DNA of 52,215 nucleotides from a virus (Duplodnaviria > Caudoviricetes): positions 1 to 52,215 of IMG/VR virus record IMGVR_UViG_3300046169_000121, one strand, 5' to 3'. Shown here in pieces: positions 28,628 through 38,504 of the stretch (its first letter is position 1; each line of letters starts with the position of its first letter). A program made the translations under genes and the position numbers. The notes below the pieces were generated by a model, which searched no databases, was not told where the DNA came from, and saw only the letters and a list, made by a program, of their open reading frames with translations.

Positions 28628-31600
28628 ATGCAATCCTCATCAATATCTGTAGAATTTACTGTTAACGATTTAAGTGCTAACTACGAAGTTGTTGGAACTT
28701 CTGATAATTACTCTTTTCAGTATAAAATTGGCAAGGGTTCTGAGTTGGTTGATTCTTTAGGTGAGAGTTGTATAAAAATTATATCTCTAGAGGGGAACTA
28801 TGGCGAGTTCGAGGTAAAGGTTTTTGCTGTAAGTGAGATTGGTATTAGGTCTGATTTTATAATTGGGTCTGTTACTGTGTCACCCCCATTTCTCGATGAG
28901 ACGTTTAAATTTAATAATTTGAGATTTTCTTCGTTAAATGGAGGGGTTGAGGATACGCTAGTTGTAAACCAATCACCAATCGATACTGGAGGGGAGTTGA
29001 TTGTATCTCAACAATTTTTAGGTAGGGATGTAGAGGTTTTATGGGAACTGATCCCTCCGGTAGGACACCCCAAGGAGGGTCAATCTTTATCAACAGATTT
29101 ATTGTCAGACGATATGTTCTCTGGGTTCGAGGTGAATGTAAAAACTGGCGGGCAATTGGTTGATATTGGGTCTTATTCGGATTTAAATATAGCAATACAA
29201 TCTTTTTCAAGGCAAATAAATACTGCCCCTGGAAATGTATCGGGAGCCCTTAAGGAATATAGGCAGTTTTCTATACATCTAGATTCTGATGTTTTTAGCG
29301 GTTTAAATTTATCGAGAGACACTTCTTTGGAAATAATATCTATAGATAATCTTGGAAGAACTGCCACTGGAATAATAAGCGGCAATAATTATGAGACTGA
29401 GTTGTTGAATTTCTCTCAAAATTTAAATGGAGTTAATTCATCATTTAGTTGGTCTACTGAAGACCTTGATTATGATAGAGTAGAGATTGACATTCTTGGA
29501 ATACCTGAATATGTAGATTTAAGTAATTCTGGAGATCTAATTGAGAGTAAAGGTTTTATTGAAAAAATAAACAACACAGCAAGAAATGATGTTTCTTGGG
29601 TTTATGGTTTTAAGTATCAGTCAGGAGACATGGTTCTTGAAGACGGTAATGTTTACCAGTCCAGCTCTGGTCATAGTGGGGACTATACTAATAGGCCAAG
29701 CAATAACTCTTCATTGTGGAATAATGTTGGGAGAAGTTTTGATTATGTATACAGCAGGGAGAGCTCCGATAGTGATAGTTTTTCAACTCAGCAAATTTTT
29801 AGTTATAAATACTATTATACATTTAAGTTTTTTGATGATTTTGGACCTGGTAACTTAATGCTTTTAAGTAATGGGGGGCTTGTTGATCAAATAATTTCAG
29901 GAAGTGCCTTAACGCCTCTACAGTCAAATATAGAAATTGCAAATTTAAGATATTTAGAGAGAAAAGATGATTTAATATTTAATTGGGATATTGTTGATCA
30001 AGATAAGAATGCTGTCGATTTAATTCAATACAAAGCTTTAATTAAACCAGGAGGCATTCCTTCTGTTCTTGGGTTGAGTGGATCTCTATACGATGTCAAC
30101 TCCAATCAAACCTTAACAGGAATTACTGAAGGTTTTAATTCTGAATCAATAAAAAGAAATGAAGACCTAGAAATAGAAAGCGTCTATAATTTACCTACTG
30201 CTAAAATATTTGAAAGCTTTGAGTATACAAGGGAATTAAATAATTCTATATATGGTACGGGGGGGTTCCCCGCTTCTTATGAAGCTTTTAATTATACTGG
30301 AATTTATAGCTCTGGAGATTATGTAAGTGATTCGTTGGGTAAAGTTTATAAGGCTATATTAAGTACCGACCTAGAAGACCCTTCCATAAAACCTTCTTAT
30401 GATAAATGGTCTAAGGATTTGAATTACATTTCAGGACAATCTTTTATTTACGAGGGGGAAATTTATAAAGTTACTCAAGGTTTTGGGCCTAAGTATACGG
30501 ATGGATTATTTGATTTTTCAAAAACTTATTCTTCTGGAGATTTAGTGATATCCCCACTTCAGAACTATCGAAATTTCAACACTTCAAGTAACTACGATTT
30601 AAATGACCTTGTTGTGTATGATTCAACTTTGTATAAAAGCTTACAGTATCAAGAGTCCGGATCTGTATCCTTACCTGGGTCTGATCAGAGTAAGTGGAGT
30701 GTGACTTCTTTATTTTCAGAGGTTGAATGCGATATATACAAAGCTGTTGATTCTTCATCTGGAATAACCCCTTCTAATCGTACTGTTCAGGAGGGAGGCT
30801 TGCTGGTTGATAAGTGGGAACCATCTAGACCGCAAACATTTAGCGGTGCGCAGAGTTATATACAGCCGTATGGCTTACTGGTTAGTGAGTGGGGTAGTGG
30901 TAAGAATTTTTCGACCGGAGATCTTGTTGTTTATTCGAATGATATATGGAGCGGGGTTCAAAATAGTGGTCCGACAGAAGATTCTGGGTTTATTGTTCCT
31001 GGTACAAATGTTCTGTTTTGGCAAAATCAAAGCGCTGGTCAAGATATAATCTTTTCATATAATTCAGGAGATCTTGTTAATGTTGGAACAAGCGTTTACA
31101 AGGCTGAAGCAAATAATCCTGTTGGCGCTCCAATACCCGCAAATAATTTGGCAGGAGAAGAATCTCAGTCAACATACGAGGGTACAGAATGGATTCCATA
31201 TTGGCAGAGAGAAACTCAGTACGAAGATATTGTTTTTGGTCATGTAGGTATTCCTCAAAGCGGCAAAAGAAATGTCGGGATAGAGCTGGCATTAGTTGAC
31301 AGTAGGGGTGAAATTTTTAACTTAAATAGACTTTCTGCAGATAATCCTCCTCCTGTTATACTAAGGGATGGATTCGACGTTGATAGTATAAGTGAAGCCT
31401 CTAAAGTTAAATTTAATTTTAATTACGCTTTAGGTTTTCAGGAGAAAACAACAAAAGTACATTTATATAGATCAGAAAATAGTGTTTTTGATATTGTCGA
31501 TGAGAGTGGATTTGCTATATCTGAAACTGGAGATAATTCTCCGTTAGTTAGTATTACTCTAGGAGCTTCAGATTCAACTTTTGGAGAAAATATAAATCAA

Positions 31601-34513
31601 ATAATTGACGAACCTCCTATTTCTGGAATTGATGGAATTGATCAAATAACGGGATATTACTATAAGATTCTTCCTTTTGATGATTTTGGAAGCGGTGTTC
31701 TTTATAACGCCACAAATAACGCGGGAATTTTAGATAGAGTCATAGTTTACCCAAAAAGATATAATAATCCAAATCCAAACTCTATGCCTGGGAGGGTATT
31801 GCGTGCAGATCCTACTAGCGCTGCAGGTGCTGTACCAGGACCTGTGGCAAATCTGTCTGGTAGTACAGCTTTCGAGAATTTCTTTTTAAACTGGCAAGCA
31901 CCCAATTCAGAATATGAGAACGGATCAACAAGATTACTTAAACAACAACAAAGTGATATTGATCACTATGAAATTTGGTCTTGGACTGGCAACGCTTTAT
32001 ATACCGGAGATAGCCAGGGTAATTTAGGGAGTTTGTCTCAAGCTGATAATACTGGGTATAGAAAAATAGATGGTGTCGCTTACAGCTTTTCGGAGAATGG
32101 GCAAATTCCATCTGAGTCGTTTGATCCTGCGCTAGAAATATCTGGAGCTAAAAATATTTTTGATGTTCCTGCAAATTCTCCATCTTTAGAAACTATATAC
32201 CCGGGAAAAACAAATACAACTGAAAATTTTTGGATAAGAGCTGTAGATTTTGCGGGAAATAAAAGTCCATTTACTGGAGCAGCTCTAAGCGCAGGAGATG
32301 ATGTTTTAGGACTTTCTTTAACTCCAGGACAAGCAACCGCTACTGATATAACTGGTTTTGAGACATCACTAACTGAAACTTTTACAAATACAATAGCATT
32401 AAATCCAAACAATCCATTTTCACAAAATGGGAATTGGCAGAGTCATGCATTATTTTACTCTGGGGTTGAATACAATATTTCTTTAAATTCAACAAATATT
32501 AGTGACGGGTATATCTGGTGGCAAACTGGAAATACTGTTTATAATACAGGATCTATTCATCCCGCCAATGTAGATAATAATCCTGATTTTAATGATGGGG
32601 ATTTTATAATAGGTAGAATAAATTCTCTAGGCGAGGTAACTCCAGCCTTTAGTGTATTTGCAAACGCTTTAATTGGTACTGCTAATATTGCCGATGCCTC
32701 AATAGTTGATGCACAAATTAATAATCTTGGTGCAGATAAAATAAGAGCAGGAGAAATAAAAAGTGCAGACATACAAATAAGTTACGCAGGTAGCGATGCT
32801 GGGGTAATTAGGTCAGTTGGTTTTACTGGGATAGATCACTCTGATCCGAGTAAGTCAGGGTTCTATGTAAGTGGAGACGGAACTTTCGCTTTTCAGGGGG
32901 GAGGAAGCAGTTTAAGTTTTGAGGATGATACTCTAACGCTAAGAGGTAAATTGCGTCAAACGAATGGATTTGATTATGATTTTATAGATTTAGATGTCTC
33001 CCCGAACTTTTTTAATTATATAGAGGCTGAAAATTATGAGGATGGATCTGCTGGAATTTCCACTTTTATTCCTGATGATAATTCACCTACTAGCCTCGAG
33101 ATAATTTCAACTTTCAGGAATAGCTCTGTAACTCAAACAGGCGTTCGTTTTAGGATGGATGTTTTATCTGGAGATAATAGACGTTCTGTGTTTGGTTATG
33201 ATGAATTTATTAATAATGGGCAATATAATATTTCTGGATTTGAGTATAACCCAAATAATTTTATTGATGAATCAACCAGTGTACCAACCAAGATCGCAAG
33301 TGGTAGTTTTGCTTTAGGAAAAAGATTAGACTCCACTCCTTTAGTGCATGGGTTTGATTATATAATTGACGAAGCGTTTCCAGGGGTCGGCCTTGCTGAT
33401 TCAGTTATATTATATGTTTCTGGAGTAAATTCTTCTTACGAGAAATCTATTACCATAACGAGAATAAATGACGGTAAAGTGGGGGAATCAGGTTTTGCAG
33501 GTGTCACTCCAACGTATAGAGGTTTATGGAATAATACAGATGTTTATAATTTTACTCCGTCAACTACAGATTCTGCTGGTAGAGGTGATATAGTTAGCTT
33601 TAATCAAAACCATCCAGACAGAACTCCTGCTGACTCTATAAATAGTAATTATTTTATTGCTAAACAAGATGACTTTTCTGCACAGAAACCTATTATTGGT
33701 GGTAGTGTTAATTCTTCGTATTGGTCTGAATTTGGGACCGAATTAGAAAATGTAGCAACTAATATCTTACTTACTAATGAAGCATATATTACAGATAAAT
33801 TAATTATAGGGGGTGATGATGTTAGTGGTACGATTCAGTCAAATGGATTTACGGGGGGATTGATCAATTTAAATGTTTCACCATTTGAAATTCCCCCAAC
33901 AACAGAAAGTTATGATCCCGCGGGATTTCTTTTAGCCAGAACAGACTCTGGCGTATTTTTTGATGTCGGTGGGCCTGTTTTAGATTCCACGGGAGAAAAA
34001 ATTAGGTACGACTCAAATGGGGACGGCAATGAAGATGAGGATGTAATTTCATATATGAGATTTAATTCCTCTGCGGGTAAAATAGAAATACATGGAGCTT
34101 CTGTAAATAATACAAGTAGAGAACAGGTGAGTGCTATTCTTGATTCCGAAAACCAGGTTGAGGGGATGTCTGGGGTAAAAGATACTTTAGCTACATTTGT
34201 TGGGGGGGGTTACAATAATAACGTTAGTTCTCCGACACAAGCTAATTCTTTTAATTCTCTAGCTTCGGCAATTGTGGCTGGAGGGGAGAATTCAATCACG
34301 GGAAGATTTTCTTTTATTGGTGCTGGTTTTAGTGGCATATGTAACGATAATTTTTCAGCGATTGTTGCTGGTTATCAAAATTCAATGCCTGATGCAACAA
34401 GCCAGAATCAAGGCGCTAATTTTATGGGCGCAGGTCAAAATAATACTATTAGTGGAGGAACAAATCAAACAATACTTGGTGGTGATAATAATAGTATTAA
34501 ATATACATTGTAA
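28628..34513 (+). CDS. Large tail fibre / gpJ C-terminal-like protein with FN3-like and CBM5/12-like repeats
   Basis: Repeated [WF]...Y..GD.V.Y.G.[IV]YK...W units; FN3-like YYYKILPFDDFG and FWIRAVDFAGNKS; gpJ-like IGTANIADASIVDAQINNLGADKIRAGEI; C-terminal GGxNN beta-helix repeats. Confidence 0.75.
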   Translation: MQSSSISVEFTVNDLSANYEVVGTSDNYSFQYKIGKGSELVDSLGESCIKIISLEGNYGEFEVKVFAVSEIGIRSDFIIGSVTVSPPFLDETFKFNNLRFSSLNGGVEDTLVVNQSPIDTGGELIVSQQFLGRDVEVLWELIPPVGHPKEGQSLSTDLLSDDMFSGFEVNVKTGGQLVDIGSYSDLNIAIQSFSRQINTAPGNVSGALKEYRQFSIHLDSDVFSGLNLSRDTSLEIISIDNLGRTATGIISGNNYETELLNFSQNLNGVNSSFSWSTEDLDYDRVEIDILGIPEYVDLSNSGDLIESKGFIEKINNTARNDVSWVYGFKYQSGDMVLEDGNVYQSSSGHSGDYTNRPSNNSSLWNNVGRSFDYVYSRESSDSDSFSTQQIFSYKYYYTFKFFDDFGPGNLMLLSNGGLVDQIISGSALTPLQSNIEIANLRYLERKDDLIFNWDIVDQDKNAVDLIQYKALIKPGGIPSVLGLSGSLYDVNSNQTLTGITEGFNSESIKRNEDLEIESVYNLPTAKIFESFEYTRELNNSIYGTGGFPASYEAFNYTGIYSSGDYVSDSLGKVYKAILSTDLEDPSIKPSYDKWSKDLNYISGQSFIYEGEIYKVTQGFGPKYTDGLFDFSKTYSSGDLVISPLQNYRNFNTSSNYDLNDLVVYDSTLYKSLQYQESGSVSLPGSDQSKWSVTSLFSEVECDIYKAVDSSSGITPSNRTVQEGGLLVDKWEPSRPQTFSGAQSYIQPYGLLVSEWGSGKNFSTGDLVVYSNDIWSGVQNSGPTEDSGFIVPGTNVLFWQNQSAGQDIIFSYNSGDLVNVGTSVYKAEANNPVGAPIPANNLAGEESQSTYEGTEWIPYWQRETQYEDIVFGHVGIPQSGKRNVGIELALVDSRGEIFNLNRLSADNPPPVILRDGFDVDSISEASKVKFNFNYALGFQEKTTKVHLYRSENSVFDIVDESGFAISETGDNSPLVSITLGASDSTFGENINQIIDEPPISGIDGIDQITGYYYKILPFDDFGSGVLYNATNNAGILDRVIVYPKRYNNPNPNSMPGRVLRADPTSAAGAVPGPVANLSGSTAFENFFLNWQAPNSEYENGSTRLLKQQQSDIDHYEIWSWTGNALYTGDSQGNLGSLSQADNTGYRKIDGVAYSFSENGQIPSESFDPALEISGAKNIFDVPANSPSLETIYPGKTNTTENFWIRAVDFAGNKSPFTGAALSAGDDVLGLSLTPGQATATDITGFETSLTETFTNTIALNPNNPFSQNGNWQSHALFYSGVEYNISLNSTNISDGYIWWQTGNTVYNTGSIHPANVDNNPDFNDGDFIIGRINSLGEVTPAFSVFANALIGTANIADASIVDAQINNLGADKIRAGEIKSADIQISYAGSDAGVIRSVGFTGIDHSDPSKSGFYVSGDGTFAFQGGGSSLSFEDDTLTLRGKLRQTNGFDYDFIDLDVSPNFFNYIEAENYEDGSAGISTFIPDDNSPTSLEIISTFRNSSVTQTGVRFRMDVLSGDNRRSVFGYDEFINNGQYNISGFEYNPNNFIDESTSVPTKIASGSFALGKRLDSTPLVHGFDYIIDEAFPGVGLADSVILYVSGVNSSYEKSITITRINDGKVGESGFAGVTPTYRGLWNNTDVYNFTPSTTDSAGRGDIVSFNQNHPDRTPADSINSNYFIAKQDDFSAQKPIIGGSVNSSYWSEFGTELENVATNILLTNEAYITDKLIIGGDDVSGTIQSNGFTGGLINLNVSPFEIPPTTESYDPAGFLLARTDSGVFFDVGGPVLDSTGEKIRYDSNGDGNEDEDVISYMRFNSSAGKIEIHGASVNNTSREQVSAILDSENQVEGMSGVKDTLATFVGGGYNNNVSSPTQANSFNSLASAIVAGGENSITGRFSFIGAGFSGICNDNFSAIVAGYQNSMPDATSQNQGANFMGAGQNNTISGGTNQTILGGDNNSIKYTL

Positions 34514-35211
34514 TGACAAATATACTTACAAATATAATTCCAGACCCAGATACAGGTCTTTATTCATCTAGGGTATTGGGGATAAATGGAAATGAATGTA
34601 TTATTAATGATTACGGAGCTAGTGATTTTGCAGATATGCAAGATACTGTTTTGTTTTATCTAAAAAATGATACTGATAATTCTAACAAGTTGTCATTTTG
34701 GGTGAATAAGCATTTAATTCCATCATTAACATTTAATCCTGGAATCGATCGAAAAGGATGGGTCCTTCATATTGAGGTAATTCAATCAAGCGTTATTTTT
34801 GGATTAGGATGGACTTGGCTGGAGCCGCAAATTTTTGAGCAGCAACAATACGCTCCGATTTGGATATGGCCTGACCAATTATTTTTAGATTATCCTACAA
34901 ATTCAAGCCAGCAAAAAATAAAATGGTGTTACTTTGATAGAAGTTATATAGGAGGGCATTGGAGTTTCGAAAAACAATACATCAACACAAATCCTACAAA
35001 TACATCTGATAAAATTTATGACACAGCATCAGGAATTGATATCGTTGAAAGTGGAAAAGTTGAAGGTTTCGGAGTGTATTTATGGGTTGACCGGTTGCAA
35101 GAGTATAGGTCATTTATTATAAATAGTGAATATAAAATATTTATGTCAAATGTAGCAATCAACACTACCCCTCCCACCTCAGGAGGAATTGATTATATTA
35201 GAGTAAGGTAA
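34513..35211 (+). CDS. Hypothetical Trp-rich protein in the fibre module
   Basis: 232 aa, translationally coupled (TAATG) to the fibre gene. Confidence 0.65.
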   Translation: MTNILTNIIPDPDTGLYSSRVLGINGNECIINDYGASDFADMQDTVLFYLKNDTDNSNKLSFWVNKHLIPSLTFNPGIDRKGWVLHIEVIQSSVIFGLGWTWLEPQIFEQQQYAPIWIWPDQLFLDYPTNSSQQKIKWCYFDRSYIGGHWSFEKQYINTNPTNTSDKIYDTASGIDIVESGKVEGFGVYLWVDRLQEYRSFIINSEYKIFMSNVAINTTPPTSGGIDYIRVR

Positions 35212-35213
35212 TT

Positions 35214-35900
35214 ATGACTTTTACCGCGCCAACCGATGTATCATTTAGTGATAGGCCTACAGATAACCCTGCTTTGTTTTTATTTGGATGGGATCCTGGT
35301 AATGTAATTTTAGCGGGTAGTTATAATTCTATAGTTGATTCTAGGAGGTGCACAATAGTTAATGGTCAATCAAATACCATTGGTGCGTCTGGGCGAGTAA
35401 ATGGTAAATATAATACTCATATAATAGGATCAAATAAAATAGCTCAAAAAAATAATATTTTATACGTTGCATGTTCTAATGGGATGAGTGTTAACGGGAA
35501 CATAGAAAATAAGAATGGTGCTACATTAAATATTGATGGAAACGCATTGATTGGTGGAGAATTGGCTGCGGATGGAGATATAATTGGTTTCAGTTTGTCT
35601 GATTTAAAATTAAAAACAAACAAAGTTCCTATCAATCAATCGTTGAGGAAAATAAATTCAATTATTCCCGCCAGATTCGAATGGAATAATCTACAATCAA
35701 CATACACTGGTAAAGATATAGGTTTAATTGCTCAACAGGTTCAAAAGATTGCTCCTGTTGCTGTTCGTGAAAATAAGAATAATTACCTGGCTGTTGATTA
35801 TAAAAAGATAATTCCGATATTGGTTGCCGCAGTAAAAGAGAAGCAAGAAAAAATTGATAAACTTCGATTAAAATTAAAATCTATAAAAGAAAATATTTAA
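35214..35900 (+). CDS. Short fibre/spike protein with C-terminal intramolecular chaperone (peptidase S74)
   Basis: SDLKLKTN...F.W...DIGLIAQQVQK..P..V...YLAVDY.KIIP.LV.AVKE plus coiled coil. Confidence 0.85.
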   Translation: MTFTAPTDVSFSDRPTDNPALFLFGWDPGNVILAGSYNSIVDSRRCTIVNGQSNTIGASGRVNGKYNTHIIGSNKIAQKNNILYVACSNGMSVNGNIENKNGATLNIDGNALIGGELAADGDIIGFSLSDLKLKTNKVPINQSLRKINSIIPARFEWNNLQSTYTGKDIGLIAQQVQKIAPVAVRENKNNYLAVDYKKIIPILVAAVKEKQEKIDKLRLKLKSIKENI

Positions 35901-36357
35901 TATGCATCAGGTTACAGGTTCGGCAATTTTAGCAGGTTCTAATAATGAAATATTGGATTCTAATTACTGTACTGTAATAAATGGATCAACTAACTATATT
36001 AGCGGAAGAAATAATACCCATGTAATCGGAGATGATATTGTTGCAACTGGGGTAAACGATGATGATAAGTTTTACGTCGGTTGTTATAATGGATTAGAGT
36101 GTTCTGGGCCAATTAGTGGTGCAGGAAATTTAATTATAGATGGAAACGCAACAATAGTTGGCGATCTTAATGTAGTTGGTGATATTACAGCTTTCTATTC
36201 ATCGTCTGATGAGAGATTAAAGGATAACATATCTGTTATTACAGGCTGCTTGGATAAAGTGCTTTCCCTTGATGCTATAGAGTTTGATTGGAATACAAAT
36301 CTTCAATCAACATATAGTGGTCACGACATAGGTTTAATTGCTCAACAGGTTCAAAAG
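35718..36357 (+). repeat. 30-bp identical direct repeat shared by the two S74 genes (35718-35747 and 36328-36357)
   Basis: ATAGGTTTAATTGCTCAACAGGTTCAAAAG occurs at both positions. Confidence 0.9.
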
Positions 36358-36516
36358 GTTACTCCAGAAACAGTAGTAGAAAGAGATAATGGTTATCTCG
36401 CAATGAAATACGAGAAAATAATACCTTTATTGATCGGCGCTACTCAAGAACAAGATATTAAAATCTGTGAGTTAGAAAAACAAATTCAAGAACTGATCGA
36501 CAGATCTAACCATTGA
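35902..36516 (+). CDS. Second short fibre/spike protein with peptidase S74 chaperone domain
   Basis: SSDERLKDNI...HDIGLIAQQVQKVTPE.V...GYLAMKYEKIIPLLI; paralog of 35214-35900. Confidence 0.85.
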   Translation: MHQVTGSAILAGSNNEILDSNYCTVINGSTNYISGRNNTHVIGDDIVATGVNDDDKFYVGCYNGLECSGPISGAGNLIIDGNATIVGDLNVVGDITAFYSSSDERLKDNISVITGCLDKVLSLDAIEFDWNTNLQSTYSGHDIGLIAQQVQKVTPETVVERDNGYLAMKYEKIIPLLIGATQEQDIKICELEKQIQELIDRSNH

Positions 36517-37345
36517 TCTCACGCATTAATATACGCGCATCAGTTGGAGAGATATCACTATAGTCACTCCAGTTTTTTGCGTTGTCGTTTTGATATTTTC
36601 CGTCTTTCCACCAATCTCGAAGCACAACTTTAAATTCTTCAAAATTAGAACAGTTTAATTTTTCTTTGGCTAGATTTTGCACCATTGAATATGGAGTAAG
36701 TGATGGTGAAATATTTAATGACGAATTGTTTGTTCCTCCCCCTGGATTGTTTGACTTATCAATCTCATCGTCACCTACAATGTGGACGTTTAAAAAATTG
36801 CGAACGCAGCGAACGAATGCCCGATTACATGCGATAGTTTCTAAAAACTTTGTAGCGAAACTACTTGTGTTGTCAAGAGTAGCATTTGCCATGTCTTGAA
36901 ATTGTACAGCCTTACCCCCGGTTTCGTAATTAGGTAGAAAGCTCATGTGGCAAATTACAGCGACATGATCAGGTTGACATTTAACAACCTCGTAAGATAC
37001 ATCTGTAAAACCACGAAGCTTTGCAAGTTCCTTGATTCCACTAAGCTTGATAAGTAGTTGATGATCCTTGAGGCCGTCTATACTACGTGGAAGATCTTTT
37101 TTGCGTAAATCAAACCATGAGCGGTTTGGAAATAAATGTTCATCTTTGATCATACTTCTCCAGTTGACCGAACCATCTTCTGCAAACTCATAGTCTACAT
37201 CACCTAGTAGTCCAAATGCATTGCGCTGAAACTTGCCTGGGCCGTCGGCGTAATTTTTCGGGTATTCTACTTTTGTTTCTTTTGTTTGAATCTCTGATTC
37301 ATATGTTACAGAATTGTCTGATGTGGTCTGTGATTTACGTGCCAT
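36506..37345 (-). CDS. Hypothetical protein, possibly Rad52/Sak-like ssDNA annealing protein
   Basis: beta-beta-beta-alpha pattern ending in LETIACNRAFVRCVRNFLNV...DEI, a low-complexity linker and a small C-terminal domain; the family call is tentative. Confidence 0.4.
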   Translation of the reverse strand: MARKSQTTSDNSVTYESEIQTKETKVEYPKNYADGPGKFQRNAFGLLGDVDYEFAEDGSVNWRSMIKDEHLFPNRSWFDLRKKDLPRSIDGLKDHQLLIKLSGIKELAKLRGFTDVSYEVVKCQPDHVAVICHMSFLPNYETGGKAVQFQDMANATLDNTSSFATKFLETIACNRAFVRCVRNFLNVHIVGDDEIDKSNNPGGGTNNSSLNISPSLTPYSMVQNLAKEKLNCSNFEEFKVVLRDWWKDGKYQNDNAKNWSDYSDISPTDARILMREING

Positions 37346-38504
37346 TATTATTGTCGTTATAAAGTTTTAGATTGATTGCGTCTTCCCAGAACTCATCGCA
37401 GTCGATAACGGTATTGTGTTCTCCTTCAATACCATTTCTCCATGCCGCTTTGCTGGCATAGATTTTGTTATTGGATACGATGACTTGTGCGCTTTTATAA
37501 CGAGTATTATTGCATATTTTATGATGATTGTCAATATCATTTTTTGTTTTTTGTTCAAAAAAGTATACATCCCAATCGAAAAACTTTAATCTTAAATCAT
37601 TTATTATGTCATTATCTTTGCATATTAATTTTAATTTAATACCTAACTTTTTACATGCTTTAAAAAATGTTTCATTATCATCTGGCTGTACAAAATAATT
37701 GATTTGATTTATATTATTTTTGATTGCCTGTAGATAGTTGATTTGCATTGGTTGATCAAGAAATAGGTTCACCTTGCGGGTGTATGCCCATTGAGCTATA
37801 TTCTGTTCGTCAAAATGTTCGTGACCAAGTATGTTTGCAGGTTGACCTGCTGCGAAGCTTTTACCTAACACACAATTTGGGACAACTGCGAGCGAGCTTG
37901 CGTGATATGCAGCGCCAATGTGAAATGTTTCAATATTGTTTAAATTGTTTTTTATGTTTAATAACCTCAATACAGATTTAGCGACTTGCTCAGGCTTGAT
38001 TTCGTTGATTGTTTTTGGGTATTCACTGTCTGAGAATGAAGCTTTTCTTTTTGTCCTGTCTGGTTCGAGTAAAATTTGACTTGCTTTATCTCCCCAGTAC
38101 GGGCCACAACATTCTTTGTATAATGTAGAATATAAATTCACTATCTTTTTATCAAAGCCGCTTGCAACATGAGAGCTGAACGAATCAGTCCCGAGGTGAA
38201 GCATTGAGTTCTTAATGATATACGCGGCTTGACGAATAGTTGTTTGCCCTTGGTGGTGAACGCAGTGGTTTATTTTAGGTTCTTCTTTATTACCTATTTG
38301 TACAACTTTAATATTTTCCTTGTCTAGGTAGGGGGTGAGTAGATTTATTACATCATTGTAGTAATCGTAAGTTTTTGATTGTATTCGGTTACTTGTATGT
38401 AATGTGATATACTTGTTAGGTGCAATTGGAAAATAAGAGGTTTCGATTGAGGGCTTTCCTATTTTAACACCGCAGGAAAGTGCATATTGTTCGATTAAGT
38501 GCAT
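37335..38504 (-). CDS. GT9 (heptosyltransferase-like) C-terminal domain protein
   Basis: YITLH...SK.Y, VVQIG, GQTTIRQAAYIIKNS.LHLGTDSFSSHVASGFDKKIVNLYS; lacks the GT9 N-terminal IGD motif. Confidence 0.75.
   Translation of the reverse strand: MHLIEQYALSCGVKIGKPSIETSYFPIAPNKYITLHTSNRIQSKTYDYYNDVINLLTPYLDKENIKVVQIGNKEEPKINHCVHHQGQTTIRQAAYIIKNSMLHLGTDSFSSHVASGFDKKIVNLYSTLYKECCGPYWGDKASQILLEPDRTKRKASFSDSEYPKTINEIKPEQVAKSVLRLLNIKNNLNNIETFHIGAAYHASSLAVVPNCVLGKSFAAGQPANILGHEHFDEQNIAQWAYTRKVNLFLDQPMQINYLQAIKNNINQINYFVQPDDNETFFKACKKLGIKLKLICKDNDIINDLRLKFFDWDVYFFEQKTKNDIDNHHKICNNTRYKSAQVIVSNNKIYASKAAWRNGIEGEHNTVIDCDEFWEDAINLKLYNDNNNGT

Noticed and set aside
35718-36357. CRISPR repeat or attachment site suggested by the 30-bp direct repeat
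   Set aside because: There are only two copies, 610 bp apart, both in frame within the conserved GLIAQ motif of paralogous genes.
4546-36516. Contractile tail, tailocin or extracellular contractile injection system
   Set aside because: No sheath or baseplate wedge genes are recognisable; the M-L-K-I-J order with a long TMP indicates a siphovirus-type tail, and phage replication genes are linked.
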